Origin: Bdellovibrionota bacterium
GTDB lineage: Bacteria; Bdellovibrionota; UBA1018
DNA length: 48,451 bases
Reading direction: 5' to 3'
Assembly: GCA_035291325.1 (NCBI GenBank)
Contig: DATDSK010000036.1
Location: 1-48,451, forward strand
The notes beneath the pieces are model-generated. The model did not search any database. It was not told the origin of the DNA and worked only from the letters and a program-made list of their open reading frames with translations. Below, in pieces: positions 17,357-25,474 of this stretch. The first letter of the stretch is position 1, and each line of letters starts with the position of its first letter. Made by a program: the position numbers and the translations under genes.

Positions 17357-18984
17357 GCCGTCCCCCCCACGCCGTTTAACTTTGTAGCAAGGTTCCGAAA
17401 CCCGGTATGGTTGTCATCGAAAGCCCCCTGGATCTGCGATAACATGATACCGTTCAAATTGCGCTGAATCTCACTGATGTCCGCGAACGAAAAGCCCTGA
17501 TCCAGCATATACGCCAAAAACCAAAGGCTGGTGTCAGGATCAATAAAAACGCTGTTCTTAATTTCACTAAAAGCCGCGATCTTATGTTCGTAAGCACGCC
17601 TTGAGTCCATCGTGCGATGACTCCATTTGTTCCCCGCCCCGGCGAGACCAAATGCGTCCCGCTGTTCGTGAACAGGCGTGTTTTCGGAATAATAAAATTC
17701 CTTAAGAGAATAGAACTCAACTCCCGTGGAGTTAACAAAATCAATGTTAGATAAAACCGTCTCGTCCGTTTCACCTGGAAATCCCAACACGAAAGCGGCG
17801 AGCGACACGATACCATTATTCCTGAGGTGCCCAACTCCCCGGCGAAACGCGTCCCCGTTGGCGCGTTTATTCATGCTCTTCAGAACGGAATCGTTGGCCG
17901 ACTCGATTCCAAGATAAACGCAGCTACAACCAGAATCCTTCATCAAAGCGGCTGTCTCAGCATCGACATATTGAACACGCAAAAAAGAGGACCATTCAAA
18001 ATCGAACTTTGAAAGTAACCTGCAGATACTTCGAAAGCGCTCAGCCGGAACATTAAAAGTATCGTCCAAGAACACCAAACGACGCACGCCTGGAATTCTC
18101 GATATGCTTATCAGGTGTTTTTCGAGGACATCCAAGGACATCGTGTGCAAGCCCTTGCTTAATCGAGGGTAAGAGCAAAACGCACACGAGAAGGCGCACC
18201 CGGAAGCGCTCCTTAGCTGGAGCGTGGACCGGACAAAGGAGGTTAAATCGAGACGATCCCAATCGGCTGGCGCATCATCAAGCACGGGATCGTTCCAGCG
18301 GGTAACTGTTTTTTGAATTTGGGCGCTATCGTTTATCTTTTCACGGAAAAACAAATTATTCACTTCGGAAAGCGAGGCACCAGCATGCTTGCGAGCCAGA
18401 ACCAAATCGCGGAGGTCCGACTCGGAATTGAAGCTGTGAATGGCGTAATCGAGTCCCAATCTCAACATAGCCCGTTCCAAAGCCGCCGAATCATCCGACT
18501 TTACCTGTGCATTGACGAAAGCGCCGCCGATTACGATAGAAGCATCAGGGAACCGAGACTTGATTTTTTTGCTGATACGACCGACTTCCGAATAGTTCAG
18601 GTGAAACGTGCAGGATATGCCAATGAGCGGCGGCATGGAGGAGCGCTCATACATTTCGCAGAACAGATCCCACTCGGCGTCAAAATTATTAATGATGCCA
18701 GTTCCAATCCCGAACTGCCTCAAATAATTGGCAAGATGAACGCCTACAAAGCCCGGCAGGTTCCAGATATTTAAAAGCTCCCTCCTTTGGACAAAGTCGG
18801 CCTCATTCCAAAACACCCCTCGGCGAATCTTGTTCAGGACATCCAGATGCGAACGGAACCCGCCCTGGTAGTGGATCATCCTCGGATAAATCAGTTCAGA
18901 ACAAAGCGACAACCGGTCAAGCGGTATCTTAGAATACTCAGCATAGTTGACTACGTCAGACTGGGAAATGACGATCAAATCCAT
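17353..18984 (-). CDS. B12-binding-domain radical SAM enzyme (class B-like)
   Basis: 543 aa. The N-terminal ~200 aa are Rossmann-like (IGISCTFHLNYSEVGRISKKIKSRFPDASIVIGGAF). This is followed by RSASGCAFSCAFCSYP (CxxxCxxC), VFLDDTFN and YLGIESAND. Confidence 0.8.
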   Translation of the reverse strand: MDLIVISQSDVVNYAEYSKIPLDRLSLCSELIYPRMIHYQGGFRSHLDVLNKIRRGVFWNEADFVQRRELLNIWNLPGFVGVHLANYLRQFGIGTGIINNFDAEWDLFCEMYERSSMPPLIGISCTFHLNYSEVGRISKKIKSRFPDASIVIGGAFVNAQVKSDDSAALERAMLRLGLDYAIHSFNSESDLRDLVLARKHAGASLSEVNNLFFREKINDSAQIQKTVTRWNDPVLDDAPADWDRLDLTSFVRSTLQLRSASGCAFSCAFCSYPRLSKGLHTMSLDVLEKHLISISRIPGVRRLVFLDDTFNVPAERFRSICRLLSKFDFEWSSFLRVQYVDAETAALMKDSGCSCVYLGIESANDSVLKSMNKRANGDAFRRGVGHLRNNGIVSLAAFVLGFPGETDETVLSNIDFVNSTGVEFYSLKEFYYSENTPVHEQRDAFGLAGAGNKWSHRTMDSRRAYEHKIAAFSEIKNSVFIDPDTSLWFLAYMLDQGFSFADISEIQRNLNGIMLSQIQGAFDDNHTGFRNLATKLNGVGGTA

Positions 18985-19063
18985 AAAACTTGTAATCCGA
19001 TTTTTAAGTAGGAGGATACTACTTCAAATCCCGCCACCAAGATAGTGATTTTGGAACCAGGCT

Positions 19064-19513
19064 TTAATCTTCTTTGGCCAATTCCTGCGTGAATGCAACG
19101 TGAGCTTTTCCAGCAACGAGCTGCAAACCTGTAGCGATATTCTCAATCGCAACCTTGAAGATGACCGTCCGGGTAGCTAACGAGATCTGATCGACGGCTC
19201 CAGTCACCCTGACCTCATCGCCGCCGTAGGTGGGGGCAGAAAACCGTAAATTCAGTGACAAGAGCAGCGCGTTCTGACCGGGAAGATGTACCCCGATCAA
19301 TCTTGAGATCAGTGCGGTCAAGAGAGCCCCATGGGCGACCCGTTTTGCAAATCCCCTTTTTCGGGCAAAGGCACTATCCACATGCAATGAACTGCAATCA
19401 CCCGAAAGAGCAGTGAACTGGTCGATCATATCCTCGGTTATGCGCTGCTCGAACGAAAAACCCGCCCCCTGCTTCATGTCCTCTATAGTCAACGTCGACA
19501 AGCCGCATCCCAT
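19064..19513 (-). CDS. MaoC-like (R)-specific enoyl-thioester hydratase/dehydratase, hotdog fold
   Basis: ALSGDCSSLHVDSAFARKRGFAKRVAHGALL matches the SGDxNPxHxD...HG hydratase motif. 149 aa. The ATG directly follows the upstream TAA. Confidence 0.7.
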   Translation of the reverse strand: MGCGLSTLTIEDMKQGAGFSFEQRITEDMIDQFTALSGDCSSLHVDSAFARKRGFAKRVAHGALLTALISRLIGVHLPGQNALLLSLNLRFSAPTYGGDEVRVTGAVDQISLATRTVIFKVAIENIATGLQLVAGKAHVAFTQELAKED

Positions 19514-20491
19514 TTAGAAATCCCTTGGAAAGTTGTGAGGGTACTTGGCTTTGAGTTCAGACGGCAAAAGAGCAGTTTCGAGGCCTTCAATTGCCGCTCG
19601 CCCCATCGTCAGTACGGCTTGTTCTGTACTTCCCCCCATATGGCAGCTGCCGAGAAAGGTTCCGCTAGAAAACAACGAACACACTCCTGGCGGCTCTTCG
19701 CTAAAAACATCAAGAGCGGCACCGGCCAAATGGCCTGTTTCCAACATACTCGAAAGGGCAGTTTCGTCGATCAACCCCCCTCGGGCCGCATTAACCAATA
19801 GCGCGCCTTTTTTCATAAGGGACAATTTCGAAGCACTCAGCAAGTTACGGGTCGACGAATCGAAAGGAAGATGAATAGTAACAATGTCAGAGCGTCTGAG
19901 TAGGTCATCCAATGAAACAGGAGTCACCCCATAAAGGGAGTAGAAATCAGAATAATCGACGATATCAAATGCGAGTAGACGACAGCCGAATTTCTCGAGC
20001 AGAAGAGCAACTTCTTTACCAACATGCCCGCAACCGACGATACCGACAGTCAAGTCGCTGAGCTGACGGCCTCGAAGCTGACCCCATTTCCCTTTAAGCA
20101 GTCCGCAATGTGCCTCCGGCACCCGATGCGATAGCATGATCATGAAACCAACGGCAAGCTCGGCCACTGACCGGCGGTTTACCCCAGGCATCCAACCGAG
20201 CTTTACGCGACGTTCTTCCAAAGCACGCAAGTCAATCATGTCGAGCCCGACACCATATTTCGAAATCAAGCGAAGCCCGGGCAGCTGCTCGAGAACATCC
20301 GCACGAATCTCCTCCAGTCCCGTGATCGCGCGATCGCATCCCTTAAGAAAATTCACCAGGTCAGCACCAGAAAGAGACTTACCTAGGTCGTTAAAGCGGA
20401 TATTCGAGTATCGCGCAAGCAACTCCGCTTTCAAAACGGGGTGTTGGGAAAACGACCGTGACGCAACTCCGATTCTGATGTTGTCGCTCAT
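19514..20491 (-). CDS. D-isomer-specific 2-hydroxyacid dehydrogenase (SerA/GhrA-like), NAD-binding
   Basis: GIVGCGHVGKEVALLLEKFGCRLLAFD, NAARGGLIDETAL and CHMGGST. The track start at 20527 is GTG. The ATG at 20491 has GGAGGG 9 nt upstream and overlaps the upstream stop (ATGA). Confidence 0.8.
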   Translation of the reverse strand: MSDNIRIGVASRSFSQHPVLKAELLARYSNIRFNDLGKSLSGADLVNFLKGCDRAITGLEEIRADVLEQLPGLRLISKYGVGLDMIDLRALEERRVKLGWMPGVNRRSVAELAVGFMIMLSHRVPEAHCGLLKGKWGQLRGRQLSDLTVGIVGCGHVGKEVALLLEKFGCRLLAFDIVDYSDFYSLYGVTPVSLDDLLRRSDIVTIHLPFDSSTRNLLSASKLSLMKKGALLVNAARGGLIDETALSSMLETGHLAGAALDVFSEEPPGVCSLFSSGTFLGSCHMGGSTEQAVLTMGRAAIEGLETALLPSELKAKYPHNFPRDF

Positions 20492-21570
20492 TTTTTCAGG
20501 CCCTCCAGGTACTCGGTACAAGCACACTGAAACGCTTTATCCGGCTTGAGCCATTTCTTTTCAAATTTCCAACCACCAACCGGGATAATGACCCCAAGCC
20601 CCTGTTCGCTGTTTTTCTTATCGCTGCCGATTCCTGAAAGAAATTTCTCGGGGCAGATCGCCACATCTTTACTCATTTTGTAATTCTCGAATAATGTCGC
20701 GTGGCATTTGTCAAAAACGCGGCCCTTCTCAAACCCCAGACGAGCAGAAACCCAGTTCGCCATGTCCATGCCCATCGAAACGGCCACGCCATGTGGAATG
20801 GCAAATCCGGAGGAGCTCTCAATGGCATGTCCAAAACTATGACCGTAGTTCAAAAGGTTTCTTTGTCCCGTATCAAACTCATCCGCTTCGATGTAACTCT
20901 TCTTTAAGTTCAGGGACAACAGGATGAATCGCTGTAATAAAGGTCCTGAAGCAGTCAAAGCCTTGTAAGATGCCGCGATTTTTTCGAATTCTGACTCACC
21001 CTCGAGCGCGCAGATCTTAAGGATTTCGCCGAGACCGCTCCGGATCTCAGCTTCCTCGAGGGTCTTGAGAAACATCGGGTTAATGACGACCTCGGTCGGC
21101 GGATAATAACCGCCGACGATGTTCTTTATGCCACCAAAATTGATGGAGCTCTTCGATCCAATACAGGAATCTGCCTGCGCGAGCAGGGTTGTCGGATAAT
21201 AATTCCACTCAATACCTCTCATCAGAATGGAAGAAACAAAACAGGAAATATCCTGAATCACCCCGCCGCCGATGGAGAGTATCCTGTTCCCTCTCTTGAT
21301 GCGTTTTTCTAGTAGCTTCGCGACGTAATTAACGCAATTCTGAAGGGTTTTATTCCCCTCGTTTGCTTGAATGATAAGTACCGAATCATTTTCGAGAGTT
21401 TTCTTGAGCTGATCTCGATAAATTTCGGCAACTTTGGAATCGATGATAACGTGAAATCGTATTTTCCCCTGAAAAACCGACTCGGGGCTTTCATCCTGGT
21501 CAATTCTCACCCGGTAATCACCGCGATAAGACCTTACGAGAAATTGCTCAGACACGAGAAAATCCGCCAT
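20488..21570 (-). CDS. 3-dehydroquinate-synthase-like enzyme (sugar phosphate cyclase superfamily)
   Basis: ILSIGGGVIQDISCFV, YPTTLLAQADSCIGSKSSINF, RSGLGEILK and LLNYGHSFGHAIE (the DHQS LNxGHTxGHAxE metal motif), plus IPHGVAVSMGM. Confidence 0.75.
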   Translation of the reverse strand: MADFLVSEQFLVRSYRGDYRVRIDQDESPESVFQGKIRFHVIIDSKVAEIYRDQLKKTLENDSVLIIQANEGNKTLQNCVNYVAKLLEKRIKRGNRILSIGGGVIQDISCFVSSILMRGIEWNYYPTTLLAQADSCIGSKSSINFGGIKNIVGGYYPPTEVVINPMFLKTLEEAEIRSGLGEILKICALEGESEFEKIAASYKALTASGPLLQRFILLSLNLKKSYIEADEFDTGQRNLLNYGHSFGHAIESSSGFAIPHGVAVSMGMDMANWVSARLGFEKGRVFDKCHATLFENYKMSKDVAICPEKFLSGIGSDKKNSEQGLGVIIPVGGWKFEKKWLKPDKAFQCACTEYLEGLKK

Positions 21571-22333
21571 CAATCGCTACGCACTGCCCAGTTAGAAACG
21601 AGTTCTGTTCGCTCACCAACCAGGCAACAAGCTCCGCGATCTCCTCCGGTTTGGCGAGTCGACGAGACGGCACACCGGCTACCATTGTTTTAATCCCAGC
21701 GTCGCCGAGAACCCTTCGCGTAAGCTCCGTATCCACGAATCCAGGAGCCACGGTGTTCGCCAGAATACCGAACTGCGCGTATTCTGCAGAAAGCGCGACA
21801 GTCATGCCGTCGAGGCCGAACTTACTCGCGGAATAGGCCGCGCGGCGCTCCTTGCTGATTTTGCCGAAAATGGATCCTACGTTCACAATGCGACCCCAGC
21901 CACGTTCGCGCATGCCGGGCAGGACGGCCTTACACAGCTCAAATGGACCCATGAGATTGACCCGCAGGACGCGTTCAAAGTCATCACTGGGCAAAGACTC
22001 AAAAGACTCGACCCGATTAATCCCGGCATTGTTGACCAGAATGTCTATTTTCAAATCGAGGATTCCGGTCAAGAAGGCGGCAACTGAGCCTTTATCTAAA
22101 AAATCGAGTTGTAAATAACGCGTGACGGGACAGCCGTCGGCTTGCGCCGCGGTGCCGGTTGCAATCACCTCGGCCCCCCTGTCCATCAGCTCGCGGGCTA
22201 TGGCCAACCCGATCCCCCGAGTCGCTCCCGTTACAAGTGCTACACGCCCCACTAATTGACGTTCGTTTTTATGTGCTTGCACGTTTATTCGATTTTCCAG
22301 CTGGTTTAAGTGCTCGGAATATAGTGTGGCCAT
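21548..22333 (-). CDS. Short-chain dehydrogenase/reductase (FabG-like ketoreductase)
   Basis: GRVALVTGATRGIGLAIA, NNAGI and YSASKFGLDGM (YxxxK). The track start at 22384 is TTG; the first ATG is at 22333. A GTG at 22282 is also possible. Confidence 0.8.
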   Translation of the reverse strand: MATLYSEHLNQLENRINVQAHKNERQLVGRVALVTGATRGIGLAIARELMDRGAEVIATGTAAQADGCPVTRYLQLDFLDKGSVAAFLTGILDLKIDILVNNAGINRVESFESLPSDDFERVLRVNLMGPFELCKAVLPGMRERGWGRIVNVGSIFGKISKERRAAYSASKFGLDGMTVALSAEYAQFGILANTVAPGFVDTELTRRVLGDAGIKTMVAGVPSRRLAKPEEIAELVAWLVSEQNSFLTGQCVAIDGGFSRV

Positions 22334-22409
22334 CCGGCTTTGTCTAGCGGGTTCTTCCCGAGTGATTCCTGGAATTGGCGGCAATAACTTGCTATTCAGT
22401 TATCGAGCA
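22334..22409. promoter_or_regulatory. Divergent intergenic region: start of the ~15 kb minus-strand operon and of wzx
   Basis: Inferred from the divergent starts at 22333 (minus) and 22410 (plus). No confident -35/-10 hexamers. Confidence 0.35.
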
Positions 22410-23900
22410 ATGAAATCGAGCCAGTCGCTTACGAATAAAGTGAAGGAAGCCGGAAAGCACGCCCTGATCTATGGGTTTGGATCGGTTCTGCAATCCATGA
22501 TCGGCTTTGTATTCATCCCGCTGTATACGAAATACTACACGCCCGAGATCTACGGAACTTTTTCAATTCTGACAATTTGTGGAACTCTGGCCGCGACATT
22601 ATTCGGATTGGGTGCCCCATCCTCGCTGTCCCGATCCTATTTTGATTATTCAGCAGAAGAAGAGCGCGCGAAGGTTGCGAGCACCTCTTTGGCAATCGGC
22701 GCGGCGGGGTTTTGTTTATTGCTCCTGACCGGGATTTTCGCCTCACAACAGCTCTCGAATTCACTGTTTTCAACTGATCAATACTCAATTCACCTCCTTT
22801 TTACGATGACATCGTCTGGAATCGGAGTCCTCAATAACGTACTGAATGTACTCCTTCGTTTCAGAAGAAGATCAGTCGCGGTCATCTCGATCGGAGTTTC
22901 TTCCCTCCTGACTCAGTCCATTCTGATCTTTCTATTGCTCGTACATTTCAAATTAGGGATACTTGCGCCCATTCTCGGCGGCCTTATTGGCCAGTTTCTA
23001 CAGTTCACGCTACTTACGGTTGTCGCTTATCGATATCTTTCCCCTAGGCTTCTCAATTCGGAACTTCCAGTCCAACTGAAATTCGGAGCACAATCGGTTC
23101 TTGTCGGGCTCGGGATGTATTCGCTGGATTGGATCAACCGCTTTCTAATGAAATCTTATTGCTCCCTGCACGACGTAGGCGTTTATACGCTCGCCTACCA
23201 GATTGGGTCGATTATCAATCTCGGAATGATCCTCCCATTCTCGTTCATCTGGGCACCCATGCGAATGGAGTACATCAAGGACAATGACTCCCCTGTCTTG
23301 TTCCGCCTGATCACAAGCTATTATTTTTTTGCGGGTTACGGGATCATCTTGCTCGTTTCACTCTTCAGTCACGACCTTCTAGCACTGATCGTGCAACGAG
23401 ACGACTTCATGGAGTCCTACAAGCTGATCCCGTTCGTGATGATTGCCCTTCTCATCTATGGAAGCATTAACATCGTCGACATAGGGGTTTATTACGCACG
23501 CAAACAAGCCTATGTCATTCTAATCTTTTTTGGCACCGCCGCATTGAACGCGCTGCTCGCGAAGCTGCTCTTCCCTACTTGGGGATATCTTTCGGCAGGA
23601 CTCCTTCTCGTGTTTTCAAACGGGCTCATGGCGTTCGCTGTTGCCTGCATGTCGAACCGTTACCACCGGCTGTCATTTGAATGGAAACGTCTGGCCGGGC
23701 AAACGGCGCTTTTAGCAATAGCTCTTTCCACTCTCTTTTTCGAACTTCCGTCGGGGAAAACAGGTTTGTGGGTCAAATCTACAGCGGCATTCGGATATTT
23801 TTTCGCTTCGTATGTCTTTATTCTTTCGAACAAGGAAAAGCAGAAGCTCTATGGGCTAAAAAATTTTTTCAGAAATGCTGATCAACAAACGCCAAATTAG
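22410..23900 (+). CDS. wzx: Wzx-type polysaccharide flippase (MOP/PST family)
   Basis: About 496 aa with 12-14 TM segments. The N-terminus KHALIYGFGSVLQSMIGFVFIPLYTKYYTPEIYG is typical of polysaccharide biosynthesis (PST) proteins. The start is trimmed to the ATG at 22410. Confidence 0.75.
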   Translation: MKSSQSLTNKVKEAGKHALIYGFGSVLQSMIGFVFIPLYTKYYTPEIYGTFSILTICGTLAATLFGLGAPSSLSRSYFDYSAEEERAKVASTSLAIGAAGFCLLLLTGIFASQQLSNSLFSTDQYSIHLLFTMTSSGIGVLNNVLNVLLRFRRRSVAVISIGVSSLLTQSILIFLLLVHFKLGILAPILGGLIGQFLQFTLLTVVAYRYLSPRLLNSELPVQLKFGAQSVLVGLGMYSLDWINRFLMKSYCSLHDVGVYTLAYQIGSIINLGMILPFSFIWAPMRMEYIKDNDSPVLFRLITSYYFFAGYGIILLVSLFSHDLLALIVQRDDFMESYKLIPFVMIALLIYGSINIVDIGVYYARKQAYVILIFFGTAALNALLAKLLFPTWGYLSAGLLLVFSNGLMAFAVACMSNRYHRLSFEWKRLAGQTALLAIALSTLFFELPSGKTGLWVKSTAAFGYFFASYVFILSNKEKQKLYGLKNFFRNADQQTPN

Positions 23901-24019
23901 AATTCGGAAGAAGATCATTTCCCCGGTGGATTTGTCCTCCCAGGTATCGTAACTTTCAAAAAATGAATTTAAGATTGACCAAAAATTCAGTTAACAACCT
24001 TTGTGACAGATTTTCAGTC

Positions 24020-24412
24020 ATGAAAAAGAAGTACCTTTATGGGTTGCTTATTCTGGCTGCCGCGATTATTTTGCCGAACCTTTGGGGAATCGCGTTCTCT
24101 AGCGGCGACGACCCGTTCATTGCGGTTGATCGGTTTCGAAAGGGCGGTGTTTGGCCCGCCTCAGTTGGCCAAGCAACAGGGCAAGGACGCTTCTATTACG
24201 TCCTTCCATGGACTCTTTCTCAACTCCCATATCTCTGGGATTCGTTCGCGGTCGTAAATTCGATTAAGATCGTTTCGAAGTTTCTGATGTTTTCGGCATA
24301 CTTTCTTTTTATTCGGGAATTCTACGACGAACGGATGGCACTCCTTACCGGCTTCATCGGAGTCGCACTATTTGACACTATCGGGGGCTCCATTAAAGCA
24401 GCCAGCGATTGA
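24020..24412 (+). pseudogene. Probable 5' fragment of a polytopic membrane protein (possible GtrC/ArnT-type partner)
   Basis: MKKKYLYGLLILAAAIILPNLWG... has three hydrophobic segments and then ends. Its last ~12-30 codons are the reverse complement of the GT2 fragment coding sequence, so the natural C-terminus appears to be missing. Confidence 0.35.
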
Positions 24413-24552
24413 TCTCTGGAACCATCATTATAGACGTGAATCACAGCGTCTATGCCAAGAGACTTGAGCTCGCTGATCCATCCGCGCAAAACTCCAACAA
24501 TTGACTCCTGTTCGTTGTAAACCGGAATTACAACAGCAAGCTCCCTGTGCAT
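24322..24552 (-). pseudogene. GtrB/ArnC-like GT2 gene remnant (first ~50 codons only)
   Basis: MHRELAVVIPVYNEQESIVGVLRGWISELKSLGIDAVIHVYNDGSRDQS is a canonical GT2 N-terminus. The recognisable pattern stops near 24390-24400 and the frame closes after 76 codons. The ATG lies 4 nt after the upstream GT2 stop. Confidence 0.5.
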
Positions 24553-24556
24553 ACGG

Positions 24557-25474
24557 CTAGTGCCTCCGCGATTTCCGTAATTTAGCCCAAAGATCACCGA
24601 TAAAACACTCGAATGCCGCATACGGATTAGGAAATGCCGTTTTCGAAAACGCAACCAGCGCTTCCGACCATCTTTGATCCTTGATATAAAGCTTCATATC
24701 GGCATAATTTAACCGCGCTAGCGCGACTCTAACCTTTTCGAGTCGGGCCGTCCCCTTTCCCGCAAAACCGCTTAAAATTTCGCGTGACTCAGTTTGCGCC
24801 AGGTACTTCTGTTCACGTGTCGTATTCGATTGATGCACGCGGTAGGTCGTCAAAGGAGAATCAACGTACCCAATCGGAAAGGTTTCCGCGATTCTCAAAA
24901 AAAGATCATATTCTTCGGCTTGTTTATACTGCGGGTTAAAAGGACCGACACGACCAAGGACATCCTTTTTAATCAAAACACTGCTGCAAACAATGAAGTT
25001 TTCAAACAATAACTGTTCAAACACTCGGCCTGCATGCGGTCGTACGACTCCGGAATAGCGGCGCTTCGTCCCACCAACCTCGTTTGAGACCCACGCGTCG
25101 GTATAGACCATGCCTGTCTCTGAGGCAGACTCAAAGCAGGCCACCTGCTTTTCGAGCTTTTCAGGCGACCAGAGGTCGTCCTGGTCTAAAAGGGCAACGT
25201 ACATTCCCCGGGCATTCGCAATGCCGAGGTTTCTCGTTGCGGAAAGTCCTTCATTCTTTTTCTCAAAATGTCTAATTCGGGGATCGCTGATCTTCTCGAC
25301 GAGATTTCGAAGATAAGTGCTGGCTTCCGAACGCCGGGAACCGTCGTCAATGACGAGCGCCTCCCAATTTCGATAGGTCTGAGCTAAAACGGCCGACAGC
25401 GTTTCCTCAATGTACTGCTCCCCATTAAAATAAGGAATAATTATACTGATCAGGTCTCGTTCAGCCGGACTCAA
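24557..25474 (-). CDS. Glycosyltransferase family 2
   Basis: ISIIIPYFNGEQYIEETLSAVLAQTYRNWEALVIDDGS...ALLDQDDLW. The TTG start overlaps the upstream TGA (TTGA). Confidence 0.8.
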   Translation of the reverse strand: MSPAERDLISIIIPYFNGEQYIEETLSAVLAQTYRNWEALVIDDGSRRSEASTYLRNLVEKISDPRIRHFEKKNEGLSATRNLGIANARGMYVALLDQDDLWSPEKLEKQVACFESASETGMVYTDAWVSNEVGGTKRRYSGVVRPHAGRVFEQLLFENFIVCSSVLIKKDVLGRVGPFNPQYKQAEEYDLFLRIAETFPIGYVDSPLTTYRVHQSNTTREQKYLAQTESREILSGFAGKGTARLEKVRVALARLNYADMKLYIKDQRWSEALVAFSKTAFPNPYAAFECFIGDLWAKLRKSRRH

